A stretch of 63,195 bases of DNA, filler included. It is 9 parts of 9 records of this genome, joined end to end, with 100 filler letters (N's around TTAATTAATTAA, not from the genome) between each part and the next. Parts side by side here need not be neighbours in the genome. Positions count along the whole stretch, not along the records: positions 1 to 6,001 come from SRR7504441_3403; positions 6,102 to 13,922 come from SRR7504441_3409; 7 more parts are not named here. One strand, 5' to 3'. Both the position numbers and the translations under genes were made by a program. Of the stretch, positions 1 through 10,358 are shown piece by piece. Each line of letters opens with the position of its first letter. The first letter of the stretch is position 1. Under the pieces are notes generated by a model that saw nothing but the letters and a program-made list of their open reading frames with translations, was not told the DNA's origin and did not search any database.

Positions 1-8
1 CCACAAAA

Positions 9-2501
9 TTGCCTAACCCACACTATAGCCCGGAAATCTGCATCAAAACGACCCTCATTAACTTCACGGTCACGATGCATGGGCTTGAGGAGCAATTACT
101 AGCCGAAGTGGTGATGCTTGAACGCCCAGAGCTTGAAGAGACCAAGAACAAGCTCATCAAGTCAATGGCAGCTGATAAGAAACAGATTGCTGAACTCGAG
201 GACAAGGTCCTCACTATGCTGAAAGATGCAGAGGGCAACATCTTGGACAATCAGGCGCTTGTGGAGACACTCGAAGAGTCCAAGCAAACCTCAAATACTG
301 TTCAGGAGCACCTCAAAGAAGCTGAAACGACCAATGAGCAGATCAGTCTTGTCCGGGAAGATTATCGCCCAGTGGCAATTCGAGGATCGATCATTTATTT
401 TGTAGTTGCTGATCTGGCACGAGTCAATGAAATGTATCAATACTCTCTCGACTTCTTTAAGGCACTCTTCATTTCCCAGATTAAGACATCTGAGAAACAC
501 AATGACGTGCATGTCCGCTGCGAGATTCTCATAAAAAATGTGACAATGTCAGCGTATGAAAATGTCTGCCGCGGATTGTTTGAGAAAGACAAGCTCCTCT
601 TCTCTTTCATGCTCTGCTGCAACATCCTTCGACACAGTGGGAGCATTGCTCCAGCTGAATGGGCCTTTTTTGACTCTGGAGGAGCTGCTGGAGTCCATGC
701 AGGGAAGTCTGAGCGACAGAGCAAGCCTGAAGACTATATTGACCTCAGTGATAAGTCGTGGGAATTACTTGTTGAACTCTCTAATCAAGTTGAGTCTCTA
801 TCGGGTCTGCAAGACGACATTCATGCCCATAAGCAGGAGTGGGCAAAGATTTTGAATGTTGGGGATCCGCTGCTCTCTGGCCACAGTTCGAGTATCACCA
901 GTGCATCGCAGTGTAGTCTATTCAATCTGCTGTTGATTCTTCGATGTGTCTACCCCGAGCATCTAATTCACCTGTGTAGCCAGTTTGTGCGAGAGACAAT
1001 GGGAGATTTCTTTGTAGAACGAGCTCCTATTGACTTGAGTCGAGTTTATCGTGATACCACTAATACTACCCCAGCCATCTTCATCTTTGCAATGGGTTGT
1101 GATCCCACCGATATGTGGGTCAAGTATGCAACGGAGGAGCATCATATGAGTTTGGAAAATTTGCACATGGTATCTCTTGGTCAAGGTCAGGGTCCAAGGG
1201 CCGAAAACTTCATCCAAAAGTCAAAGAAAAGCGGCGCATGGGTATTCCTTCAGAATTGTCACCTGGCCAAGACCTTCATGTCAAGGCTCGAACAAATTAT
1301 CGACGGGCTGTCTGCTGATGCTGCTCAAGTGCACCCACGTTTTCGCCTGTGGCTGTCTTCGTCACCATGCGACCACTTTCCAATCGCTGTTTTACAGAAC
1401 GGAGTTAAGGCCACCATGGAACCTCCTAATGGGCTTCGAGCCAATGTGCTTAAGTCTTTGGCTACAAATGTCAGAGATGGCGACTTTACGAGTAGTAACA
1501 AGCCAGTAGAGTTTCAGAGGTTATTGTTTGGTTTGCTCTTCTTTCACGCAATTTCCCAAGAGAGAAAGAAGTTTGGACCACTCGGTTGGAACATCAAGTA
1601 TGAGTTCAATGATTCCGATCTTCAAGTGTCTATCGAAATGTGTCGGATGTACCTGGATGAATCAGCAAGTGGAGTTCCTTGGGAGACGTTAAATTATATG
1701 ATAAGTGAGATCTCGTATGGTGGCCGCGTAACAGACATGTGGGACAGACGTTGCATGACGGCAATTGTTTCCGAGTATTTCAAATCTGAAGCCCTTGCAG
1801 CATCTTATAAGCTATCAGAAAGCGATTTATATTGTGGTCTTAACAACGAGATGAGTATAGCAGCTGTGCAGTCTCATGTAGAGAAATTCCCGGCCGATGA
1901 CAGTCCTGTTGTGTTTGGCATGCATCAGAATGCCAACACGACATTCTTGATGCAAGAAACTGCATATTTGAGTGGGCAGATCTCAGTGTTTCAGTCCAAG
2001 GCCTCGGGGTCTAGCACATCCTCAGGTAGCAGTAGAGATCATCAATTGTCGCAAATGGCCAACTCTCTGCTTGAGTCTTTGCCCAATTTACTTGAAGAGC
2101 CATCAGAAGATGATAAAGGCGATGCAAATTTGAGCGCTGGTGTAGATCCAATGACCATTGTGCTTTGTCACGAGACAGTTCGATTCAATAATCTTTTGAG
2201 CGTGATTCAGAGTACACTTTTGGAGTTGCTGCGAGCAATTAAGGGGTTGGTAATCATGTCAGATGAACTCGACAGAGTTTCGCAGGCGCTCTTGTGCGAC
2301 AAGGTCCCCTCTCCATTTGCCAATGCAGCTTATCCGTCTCTGAAACCACTCGGAGCATGGATGACTGATCTGAAGCAACGGATTGCATTTAGCCTCGAGA
2401 ATCCGAAGATAATTAGGGCCCAGATATATCGCACCAAGAGCTTTACGTCTTCGGTCGGGAGGTTCCAGTTGACGCCTGGCCCAGACTTAGAGCGGGATTA
2501 A
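9..2501 (+). CDS. Axonemal dynein heavy chain, C-terminal part (5'-partial; homology stops abruptly near 2390)
   Basis: AAA5/AAA6/C-terminal motifs LINFTVT..GLEEQLL, EGNILDN, YQYSL, SLGQGQGPRAE, WVFLQNCHLA, RKKFGPLGWNIKYEFNDSD, YGGRVTD, YPSLKPLGAW. The last ~36 codons are not dynein-like. Confidence 0.95.
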   Translation: MPNPHYSPEICIKTTLINFTVTMHGLEEQLLAEVVMLERPELEETKNKLIKSMAADKKQIAELEDKVLTMLKDAEGNILDNQALVETLEESKQTSNTVQEHLKEAETTNEQISLVREDYRPVAIRGSIIYFVVADLARVNEMYQYSLDFFKALFISQIKTSEKHNDVHVRCEILIKNVTMSAYENVCRGLFEKDKLLFSFMLCCNILRHSGSIAPAEWAFFDSGGAAGVHAGKSERQSKPEDYIDLSDKSWELLVELSNQVESLSGLQDDIHAHKQEWAKILNVGDPLLSGHSSSITSASQCSLFNLLLILRCVYPEHLIHLCSQFVRETMGDFFVERAPIDLSRVYRDTTNTTPAIFIFAMGCDPTDMWVKYATEEHHMSLENLHMVSLGQGQGPRAENFIQKSKKSGAWVFLQNCHLAKTFMSRLEQIIDGLSADAAQVHPRFRLWLSSSPCDHFPIAVLQNGVKATMEPPNGLRANVLKSLATNVRDGDFTSSNKPVEFQRLLFGLLFFHAISQERKKFGPLGWNIKYEFNDSDLQVSIEMCRMYLDESASGVPWETLNYMISEISYGGRVTDMWDRRCMTAIVSEYFKSEALAASYKLSESDLYCGLNNEMSIAAVQSHVEKFPADDSPVVFGMHQNANTTFLMQETAYLSGQISVFQSKASGSSTSSGSSRDHQLSQMANSLLESLPNLLEEPSEDDKGDANLSAGVDPMTIVLCHETVRFNNLLSVIQSTLLELLRAIKGLVIMSDELDRVSQALLCDKVPSPFANAAYPSLKPLGAWMTDLKQRIAFSLENPKIIRAQIYRTKSFTSSVGRFQLTPGPDLERD

Positions 2502-2931
2502 ATTAGCATTGCACCGGTCTCGTCAGGACCACCGCGTAGCAGCATTGCCCGTAGCAGAGTTGACATCGATGAAACGAGATTATTATCACGTCTGGTACAG
2601 CCTGGCCAGCATATCACTCGGCCCGTCCATTGGGCTCGCTGTCGGGGAGCCCCTGGCTTAAAGTTTTGCCAACTTTGGCCCGTTGAGTGCCTACAAGGCT
2701 GCAACAGTACTGATCCGGCTGACTGACCGGCTGAGTCGATCTTTCAGTAAACTGAAATCTACAGACCAATGGTACAATACATGTAGGTACGTAGCGTACA
2801 CATACGAAGCTACAACTAAATCTAATATACTCCGACTGGCCGCGGCGGTCGGCGTCCCTAGTACAAATTAACAAGGGTACGAGTCCGAGTATTAGGATCT
2901 TTGGAGTTCATATTAAGGAATCAATCCTAAA

Positions 2932-4356
2932 CTAGGTTTGGTCGGGTTGGTCTCTTGGCTTGACCAATTCAAAGCTTGTTGTTTCCGATTCAGTTGGCTC
3001 ATCGCCGATTGTGGCGTGAGTTTGGTCACCGGCTTGTCCATCTGTCGCCGGGTATAGCCGAGGGAGGAGCCGGCTTAGTCCGAGCCAGCCGAGCACCTGA
3101 ATCAGGGCCACTATCACCCAGACTGGCTGCCAGCCGCTGCTGTCGACCAGCAGCCCAAGTAGCGGGTAGAGCAGCACTGTCGACCCGTACCCGATCCCAT
3201 CGAGCCAGGAGGAGACCATTCCGGTGTTTTCACCGCCGAACGTGACCGCGTAGGCTGACGGGATCAGATAATATTGGATGCCCGTAGTGGTGGCCATCAG
3301 CAACACACAGAGGCCCTCGAGCACAAGCCGCAGCCCGGCAGACTCGATCGGGCTGTCAGAGGACACCAGCGCGAGCAGCAGCAGCGAGCCGACGCACATG
3401 GTGTACATCAATCGAATCAGCACTCTCTTGGTCTCATAACATGCCTGCTTGTAGTAGCCGCCCACGAGCAGCAGCCCGATCAAGTATCCAACCGAGAAGA
3501 GCGTAGTGAAGGCCCCGGCCTGCGAGGCCGAGAGCGAGGTAGTGTCCCTGAAGAAGACGCCCAGCAGGATGTCGATTCGGCGTATGGTGGTCGAGCAGCA
3601 GTGGATGCCGGCCGTGAGCACGAACGACGGCTCGCTCACCACCGCCTTGGACGACTGGCTCCACGAGGCCCATGAAATCGGCTGGCCGGGCATGTTCTTC
3701 CGACCCGGGCTGTCCTTGAGCCGGAACTTAGCCAGCAGCCCGCCCACGCACGGGGCGGTCGCGGCCAGTACTGCCACCATGCGCCAGGGCGACAGGGCGA
3801 TCAGGCCCGAGTACAGCAGCACCGCCAGGATCCCGGCCGAGCGCGAGGCGATAGAAAGCGTCCATATGCCGGTATCGCGCTGGGCCTGATCGTGGCTCCA
3901 CCAGCAGCCGATGATCACGGTCAGGCTGGGCCAGACCACGCTGTTGGTGAACTCAATCAGACCCTGAGCCAGCGCGAGCACCCAGCCGGCCCAGGCCATC
4001 CCGTAGAAGACCAGGCAGCCCGAGAGCATCACGAACCCCACCATCAGCGCACGCCGGGCCCCGAGCCCGTCCGCCAGCTTGCCGGAGACCAGCTTGCCCA
4101 GGGCCAGACCGATGGTGCCCAGCGCCCCGATGGTGGCCGCAGTACCGGAGCTGATCCCCAGTTCCTGCTGGATGGCCGGCATGGCGGCCACCGGGAACGA
4201 TACTGACAGGATCGAGCAGGTGTAAATCCCAAAATTGAGCAGATTGAAGCCCAAAGCCGACACCGACTCCACTGGCGGCTCGGCTGGCAGCTCCGGCTCG
4301 TCCTCATCGCTCTCTGTATGGACAGCCGACGGGACAACCCCGGGCGAGCCGCTCAT
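2932..4356 (-). CDS. MFS transporter (GlpT/SLC37-like organophosphate or sugar-phosphate type)
   Basis: About 12 hydrophobic helices, MFS motif A (GKLADGLGARR) and WPS...IGCWW. First ATG is at 4356. Confidence 0.85.
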   Translation of the reverse strand: MSGSPGVVPSAVHTESDEDEPELPAEPPVESVSALGFNLLNFGIYTCSILSVSFPVAAMPAIQQELGISSGTAATIGALGTIGLALGKLVSGKLADGLGARRALMVGFVMLSGCLVFYGMAWAGWVLALAQGLIEFTNSVVWPSLTVIIGCWWSHDQAQRDTGIWTLSIASRSAGILAVLLYSGLIALSPWRMVAVLAATAPCVGGLLAKFRLKDSPGRKNMPGQPISWASWSQSSKAVVSEPSFVLTAGIHCCSTTIRRIDILLGVFFRDTTSLSASQAGAFTTLFSVGYLIGLLLVGGYYKQACYETKRVLIRLMYTMCVGSLLLLALVSSDSPIESAGLRLVLEGLCVLLMATTTGIQYYLIPSAYAVTFGGENTGMVSSWLDGIGYGSTVLLYPLLGLLVDSSGWQPVWVIVALIQVLGWLGLSRLLPRLYPATDGQAGDQTHATIGDEPTESETTSFELVKPRDQPDQT

Positions 4357-4513
4357 CGGGGCGGAGCTCGACCCGGTGCTGCCGTAACAGGCGCGCACCG
4401 TCGCGGCAGGACGCACTTGCCACCGCGCTTGACCTACTCTGCGGTGCCTCGGTGAGATCTAACGGCTACGAGTAGAACCCGGCCGATACCGATACAATTT
4501 ATGAATGAATAAC

Positions 4514-5455
4514 TTAGCGTGGGCTCGCAGGCGGTGAAATCGAGATCCATCCGCTGCCCTCGTCGCTGTTGCCGTCCGGGCAGAGCAGCCCCAGTTCGCC
4601 CTGCCAGCCGAGGAACTGGGCCACCGCCCCGAGCAGCACCGGGTTGGCCAGAGACAAGAAGTTGATCGACCGCAGGTGCTGCAGCGCCACATCCACCGCC
4701 CAGCCGAGCTCGGCGCACAGCCAGATCAGCACGGCGGCCCCGCTCCGGTTCTTGCCCATCTTGCAGTTGATGTTGACCAGCGGCTCCGGCTGCGAGTCCC
4801 GTATGCGGCGCAGCTCGGCCAACAGCTCCGGCAGCTGCTCGCTCCAGCGCTCCCGGGCTCGCTCGTTGGCCTCCGGGTCGTCGATTGAGAAGAAGTCCTC
4901 CATCGGCACGTGGCTGGTCGGTATCTCCTCGGCCGCCCACTCTGGCTTGGCCACCAGCTCGGCAGCGCAGTTGAGCCGATGGGTCACTCCGCGCAGCCCG
5001 GCTGTGGCCATCTCGAAGTTGCTCCAGCAGATCCCGAGCCCGCCTTTCCCCCCAGGCGGGAGCACCTCCACCCTCGCCACCGCCTGCTGCCCCCGCTTGG
5101 CCCGCTGCAGCCCGAGCAGCCCGTCCAGCTCGCGCTGCACCGCCGCCGTCCGGGCCCAGCCAGCCGCCTTGTCCGCCCGGACCGCCGCCGCCCCACACCC
5201 GAGTATCAGCCCGCGCAGCTGGCCCCGCGCCCGGTCCGGTTCGGCCCGGGCCGCGGCGTGCTGCTCTTCAGTCAGTGTGTCCAGCCAGGCCGCCGCGACC
5301 TCGGCCGGTGGCGCATCGGCGCAGAACTGCTGGAGCCAGGCCGGCAGATCGGCCGGGCAGGTCGGTTCGGGCTGATCCGGCTCAGCGCCCGGCTCATCGT
5401 CCGATTCAAGGTCCCCGAATCCCACCGCCACCGCCTCGTCGTCACTGGACCACAT
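4514..5455 (-). CDS. Dual-specificity protein phosphatase family protein
   Basis: CX5R loop INCKMGKNRSGAAVLIWL, then VDVALQHLRSIN and NP. ATG at 5455. Confidence 0.75.
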   Translation of the reverse strand: MWSSDDEAVAVGFGDLESDDEPGAEPDQPEPTCPADLPAWLQQFCADAPPAEVAAAWLDTLTEEQHAAARAEPDRARGQLRGLILGCGAAAVRADKAAGWARTAAVQRELDGLLGLQRAKRGQQAVARVEVLPPGGKGGLGICWSNFEMATAGLRGVTHRLNCAAELVAKPEWAAEEIPTSHVPMEDFFSIDDPEANERARERWSEQLPELLAELRRIRDSQPEPLVNINCKMGKNRSGAAVLIWLCAELGWAVDVALQHLRSINFLSLANPVLLGAVAQFLGWQGELGLLCPDGNSDEGSGWISISPPASPR

Positions 5456-6001
5456 GCTAGAGCAGCGCCGTGCGCCCGACGCTCGTAAAATGTCGCGGCC
5501 GCGGAAGGGTAGGACCAGGGCAACTCTACAAGCGACCGGTGCGCATGCAATATCGCAATGATCGCCAAGACTCCGAAACACTCGGTGCTCATTCGATACA
5601 CATACGATACACATATTTAAACTCCTACTTGTAAGTATCTAGATTGTAATGGCATGATTAGGAAGTGCTGCACGAATCTTGGCTAGTGCTTTGTTCGCCT
5701 TGATTGGCGGGAGCCCCATGTTGCACAGCATCTCCTTATCCACATACTGCAGGTCGTCCATGCCCTCCAATCCTTGAGCCCGAAGCGCCGCCTCACAGAG
5801 TCCCAGCTCACCGAGCAGCCTGTGCAGCTCCGATTCGCTCTGCTCGAGGCTCGCGGCTCCTTTCTCTTCTGGTCGGCTCTCTGCCGGCAGTGATGACGAC
5901 GATGCTGGAGCCGGCTGCTCTGGCGGAGCTGAGAGCTCGTTGCGGGCCGACTTTGGACTCTGGAATCCGTCCGGGCGATGGCGCAGGCGGCGGAGGATCG
6001 T

Positions 6002-6101
6002 NNNNNNNNNNNNNNNNNNNNNNNNNNNNNNNNNNNNNNNNNNNNTTAATTAATTAANNNNNNNNNNNNNNNNNNNNNNNNNNNNNNNNNNNNNNNNNNN
6101 N
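6002..6101. other. Artificial contig spacer (44N-TTAATTAATTAA-44N)
   Basis: Six-frame stop linker. Identical copies at 13923-14022, 19849-19948, 37495-37594, 44305-44404, 47730-47829, 55861-55960 and 59861-59960. Confidence 0.99.
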
Positions 6102-6122
6102 AGAGCTCGTGTCGGTGCTTCA

Positions 6123-7250
6123 TCAGCTTACAAGTTTGCAGAGAGTAGCTGACATCAATCCAATCGCACCCAAGGCCAGCAGAACCCTACTCACCAAACC
6201 CCAGTCCGGCCTGGCCGCGCCTGGCGGCTCTATCCCAAGCGGCTCAAAGTAGTCCCGCCACTCCTTGGGCGCCGCCGCAGACTCAGAGAGCAATATAGCG
6301 GCTCGAAGCTGGGCTGTCTTGTTGCGGTCCGGACGCTTCAAGTAATGGAACTTCAGAAAATCGCACAGATGCTCATCTGCATGGTCAGGCGAGCCGTAGA
6401 ATCCGTTGGCACCCAGGCTGCCTGAGTGATAGATCACGTCATGTACCCATAGGCACGGGATATAGAGCCAGTCCCTGGGCGACAGCTCGGCGGTCCACAG
6501 CTGGCCGTGCCTGTGGCCGCGCTCTGCGAGCTGCTTCAGGTCGACAAGCATCTGATCCACAGCCTCCGGCCGGGCTCGCAGCGCTTCCTTGAGGTCGAGC
6601 AGCTGAAGCGTGCGATTGCCGGTGAAAACCTGCAGGACGTTGGGGCTGCAATCGATGTGCGCGCCGTAAAACATGCCCGCGCTGCCCACCCGGCTCATCA
6701 CTGCCTGCCGCGCCCACCCCTGCCCCAGCTCGCCGCGATCAAATGGAGTGCGCGACTGGTTTAATGCCTCCAGCAACCGCCCGCTCGCGCCATCCGCCCT
6801 CCGCCCGCCCTGCACTCGCCAATACAGGCTGTGCTCCCGCCAATCGCACGCCCGGCCCGTCCGGTCGTTGCACGGGCCCGGGTCGGCCTCCCGGCCGTGC
6901 AGGAAGCCCACCAGCCGGCCCAGCTCCAGCTCAGCTATCCAGCTTGCGTCGGCTGGGTTGGCCGCGAAGACCGGATCGAGGAAGCTTGACCGGCCGTCCG
7001 TATTGCCGGCCGGCACCACCCGGGCCCGGGCCAGCTCGGCCGGCGGGCGCTCCAGCCAGTCGGTCACGGAGCGAATCACGGCAGGCTCTACTGCCCCCCG
7101 GACCAGCAACGGTGTGCGCCGGGCTACACTTTCGGCCAACCGGCGGATGAGCTCCGGGCTGCTGGCCGCCAGCTCCGGGACCGGCTGCTGGGCCTCAGAC
7201 CGAGTCACTCGCAGCAAAACGCCCACCACTAGCGCCACTGCCAGCCCCAT
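6123..7250 (-). CDS. JmjC/cupin-like 2-oxoglutarate Fe(II) oxygenase with N-terminal signal/anchor and C-terminal TM helix
   Basis: HxD (AHIDCSPNVLQVFTGNR) and distal His (LSPRDWLYIPCLWVHDV), typical of Cupin_8/JmjC. Both ends are hydrophobic. Confidence 0.8.
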   Translation of the reverse strand: MGLAVALVVGVLLRVTRSEAQQPVPELAASSPELIRRLAESVARRTPLLVRGAVEPAVIRSVTDWLERPPAELARARVVPAGNTDGRSSFLDPVFAANPADASWIAELELGRLVGFLHGREADPGPCNDRTGRACDWREHSLYWRVQGGRRADGASGRLLEALNQSRTPFDRGELGQGWARQAVMSRVGSAGMFYGAHIDCSPNVLQVFTGNRTLQLLDLKEALRARPEAVDQMLVDLKQLAERGHRHGQLWTAELSPRDWLYIPCLWVHDVIYHSGSLGANGFYGSPDHADEHLCDFLKFHYLKRPDRNKTAQLRAAILLSESAAAPKEWRDYFEPLGIEPPGAARPDWGLVSRVLLALGAIGLMSATLCKLVS

Positions 7251-7297
7251 AGTGAAGCCGAATAAAAAAACAGACTTTTTCACAGCTGCAGACTTGC

Positions 7298-8407
7298 ATG
7301 CAGATGGTGACTGGTGAGAAGCCCATGGGGCTTTTCGCTTTGGTGCCGCTTCTGCTTCTGGTGGGAGGCGGAGTTGAGGGGTGCAGCCACTTCTTTATGA
7401 ATTTCTCGGACTCGAGCTTCCAGCTCTCCGCTCGCACGATGGACCTCGGGGGTGCCCTCGACTGGATTGTCCACGGCTTCCCCCCCGGTCACAGCAGAGT
7501 GCTCGGCAAGGCCTGGACAGCCAAATACGGCTTCGTGGGCTTCACCCCGCGCACCACCCAGGCACTCAACCGGACCATACCGCTGGATGGGCTCGATCTC
7601 GGGCTGTTCTCGGCGCGCGATGTCGTGGCGGACGGGCTCAACCAGCGGGGGCTGAGCTGTGGCTTCCTCACCCTGGACGGCAGTCAGTTCGAGAGGCCGA
7701 GCCTGCTCCCCGGGCGAGATCTTCTCTCGCTCTCGTTGTGTAAGTACGTGCTCGAGAACTTCGGCAGCGTGGCCGAGGTGGAGCAGGCGCTGCCGCAGCA
7801 GAAAGTGATCTTCAACGCCGATATCCACTTCGCGATTGCAGACGCGCAACGGGAGCTGCTAGTGGTCGAGTTTCTGCAGGGCCAGATGCGGATGCACAGG
7901 GACGCTAACTCGAACAGCGCGGCGGGGTATGGGATCATGACGAACGAGCCGCCGTTCGAGTGGCAGCTTACCAACGTACAGCACCTGCAGTGGAAGATGC
8001 AGCTGGCCCGGCCGTCTGTGGCGATACCGGGTAATTTCTATCCCGACGAGCGTTTTCTGAGGATCCACCTGATCAAGCAGGCGATCGAGACCTCCGAGCA
8101 GCCATCGAACTACAGGCAGGCTGTCGCACGTACCGTTGCAGTTCTCAATTCTGTCAACGTACCGATGGGTGAAATGCCTGGGACCGACTCGGGCACCAAT
8201 TCCGGCGAGGGTGACGGGGACCACACCCAGTGGGCGGTTGTGAGGGACCACAAGCAACTCAAGTATTATCTTCGCTCTGAGAGCAACCCAAGCCTCCGGC
8301 TGATCGATCTGACCAAACTAGACTTGCGGCCAGGCGCCAAGCTGACTACCATGCTGATCGAGGACGATCCTTGGTTCCTAGATGTTAGCTCCAAGCTAAG
8401 TGCTTGA
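7298..8407 (+). CDS. Linear amide C-N hydrolase (choloylglycine hydrolase/penicillin V acylase family, Ntn hydrolase), secreted
   Basis: Signal peptide followed by nucleophile Cys (VEG|CSHF), ARTMD, DGLNQRGL, HFAIAD, MTNEP and IPGNFYPDERF. Start may be 7325. Confidence 0.9.
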   Translation: MQMVTGEKPMGLFALVPLLLLVGGGVEGCSHFFMNFSDSSFQLSARTMDLGGALDWIVHGFPPGHSRVLGKAWTAKYGFVGFTPRTTQALNRTIPLDGLDLGLFSARDVVADGLNQRGLSCGFLTLDGSQFERPSLLPGRDLLSLSLCKYVLENFGSVAEVEQALPQQKVIFNADIHFAIADAQRELLVVEFLQGQMRMHRDANSNSAAGYGIMTNEPPFEWQLTNVQHLQWKMQLARPSVAIPGNFYPDERFLRIHLIKQAIETSEQPSNYRQAVARTVAVLNSVNVPMGEMPGTDSGTNSGEGDGDHTQWAVVRDHKQLKYYLRSESNPSLRLIDLTKLDLRPGAKLTTMLIEDDPWFLDVSSKLSA

Positions 8408-8459
8408 GTTTAGCAATGTTCAGTGCCAGATTAAATGAGGTTCCGTTATAGTCACGCAA

Positions 8460-10081
8460 ATGCGCCGCCCGGGGAAGAGTCGCTGCCTGCTCGGGCTGCT
8501 CGTCATGGCAGCCCTCGGGGCAGGGTTGCCCAGCAGCAGCGCGCCGGACTTTGGATATGCCCAGATGTTCCAGACCGAAAACCGGTCGGTGGCCGACTGG
8601 TGCACCCGGGCCCCGTCGGTGCTCCCCTCGGAGCTGGCCGGCGGCTCGTTCGTGATCCCCACGCTGGGCCAGTTCGAGATGGGCGGCCAGAAGCTCCGGG
8701 GGCTGTTTGATGCGTTCGGCAAGTTCCACCGCTTCGGGTTCGGCCCGGACCGGCGGACGGTTTGCTTCAGCTGCCGGATGATGGAGACCGGGTTCCGAAA
8801 CCAGTCGGTGGCGCTCGGCCGGGTGGCCGCTGGGAATCTGTTCTACCGGACGGTGCCGCCCCGGAACTACACTGGGATGCAAAACATCCAGGGCCCCAAC
8901 GACAATGTGTTCGTCAACACGTGCGTGCCTCGGACTTGGGTGGCCGGCTGAGCGCCCCGGGTAGGTACCGTATGGACGACGTGTACCGGTCCATCACCGA
9001 CTCGCAGGTGGGGCTGGAGTTCGACCCACGGACCCTCAGGATCCTCAAGAACATCAGCTGGGACGACAGGCTGGACAAGCCTCCCGCACCGATCACTTAT
9101 AATTCGGGCTCAGCGCACCCGCTGGTGCACACGGCGAGCGGATGTCTAATGAACGTGCATCCATCGGACATCATGTTCACCGGCTGGCTCCCAAAGGTCA
9201 CTCTGTTCAAAATCTGCCCGGGAGACCCCAACAAGCGGATCCCTGTCAATCATTTCAGACCACCGACTGGGCAACTGCCTTACTTTCATTCCTGGGGCCT
9301 GAGCCAGAAATTCGCTGTGTTCCCGCACCAGCCTTTCTCACTCAACCCGATGAAAATGGTCAAGGGCGGCACAATCGTCGACGCGTTCGAGTCCAATGAC
9401 AAGCAGAAAGCCAATGCATCTGTCTGGATGGTCCCACTGGATGGCTCTCGCGCTTTCAAAATGATCGCGCCCCAGGGCATTTTCTTCTCCCATACCCTCA
9501 ACACGTACGACACCGAGGACTCAGTTGTGATGGACATAGTCCTGTTTGGCGCCAACGCTTTTGTACAGGCTTCGGACGTTTTCTTCTACCGCAACAAGAC
9601 CGCGCGAGACTCGATGCCCAAGGACCTTCGCGGGCTGGTGACTCGAATGGAACTCAAGATTAGCGGCCCAGACCGTGGGCGAGTCACTCTGGACCCGCTC
9701 AGCTCGCAGGAGCAGGCCACGGACTTCCCCACGATCAATAGCGAGTATGCCGGCCGGCAGTACTGTATCTATTACGCCAACGAGTGGTTTCACGACGGCA
9801 AGACGTACGCAAGCATGGCGGTGGTCAAGCACAACATCTGCACCGGGGAACGGAGCTACTGGTACAAGCCCAGCCACTACCCCTCCGAGCCGAAGTTTGT
9901 AGATTCTGCTAGCAGCCACGTGGAGGACCAGGGCACTCTAATCTTTGCAGCAAGGGATGGCAGGTCGAGCAGCACGAGCCTGATCGTTCTTGATGCGGCC
10001 ACAATGGAGGAAATTTCTGCGGTTCCGGTGCCTGTGCCGCTTGGATTCACCACTCACGGAGAGTTTTACCCGAATTTGTAG
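8460..10081 (+). CDS. Carotenoid cleavage oxygenase / RPE65 family protein with signal peptide (1 intron, 8921-8964)
   Basis: GLFDAFG, four Fe-ligand His motifs (SAHP, YFHSW, FSHTLN, TTHGEF), DFPTIN and PSEPKFV. The 44-nt GT-AG intron joins the two ORFs. Confidence 0.88.
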
Positions 10082-10358
10082 AGCTCCATGCACCAAATGC
10101 TAAGCAAATGCATATGCAGGACTGCTTGATCACCAAAGTCATACTATGGTTCCATCGATCAAGTCAATCAGTAGACTTGAGTACTACCAGTAGTGTGATG
10201 ACGCCGTGACGCTTGCACCTATTGTAATTGCAGTCACCTGCGTGCACATAAGTTTAATCATAAAAATCATGCCGCCTATGCCGCCTTGGCCCCGATGTCC
10301 CGATGTCCCGCGGCGGCGCGGCCGATGTCTCGATTCGCAACGGACCTCGAATCTCGAA

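Noticed and set aside
5704-6001. Short ORF running into the first spacer
   Set aside because: Too short and featureless to support a call.
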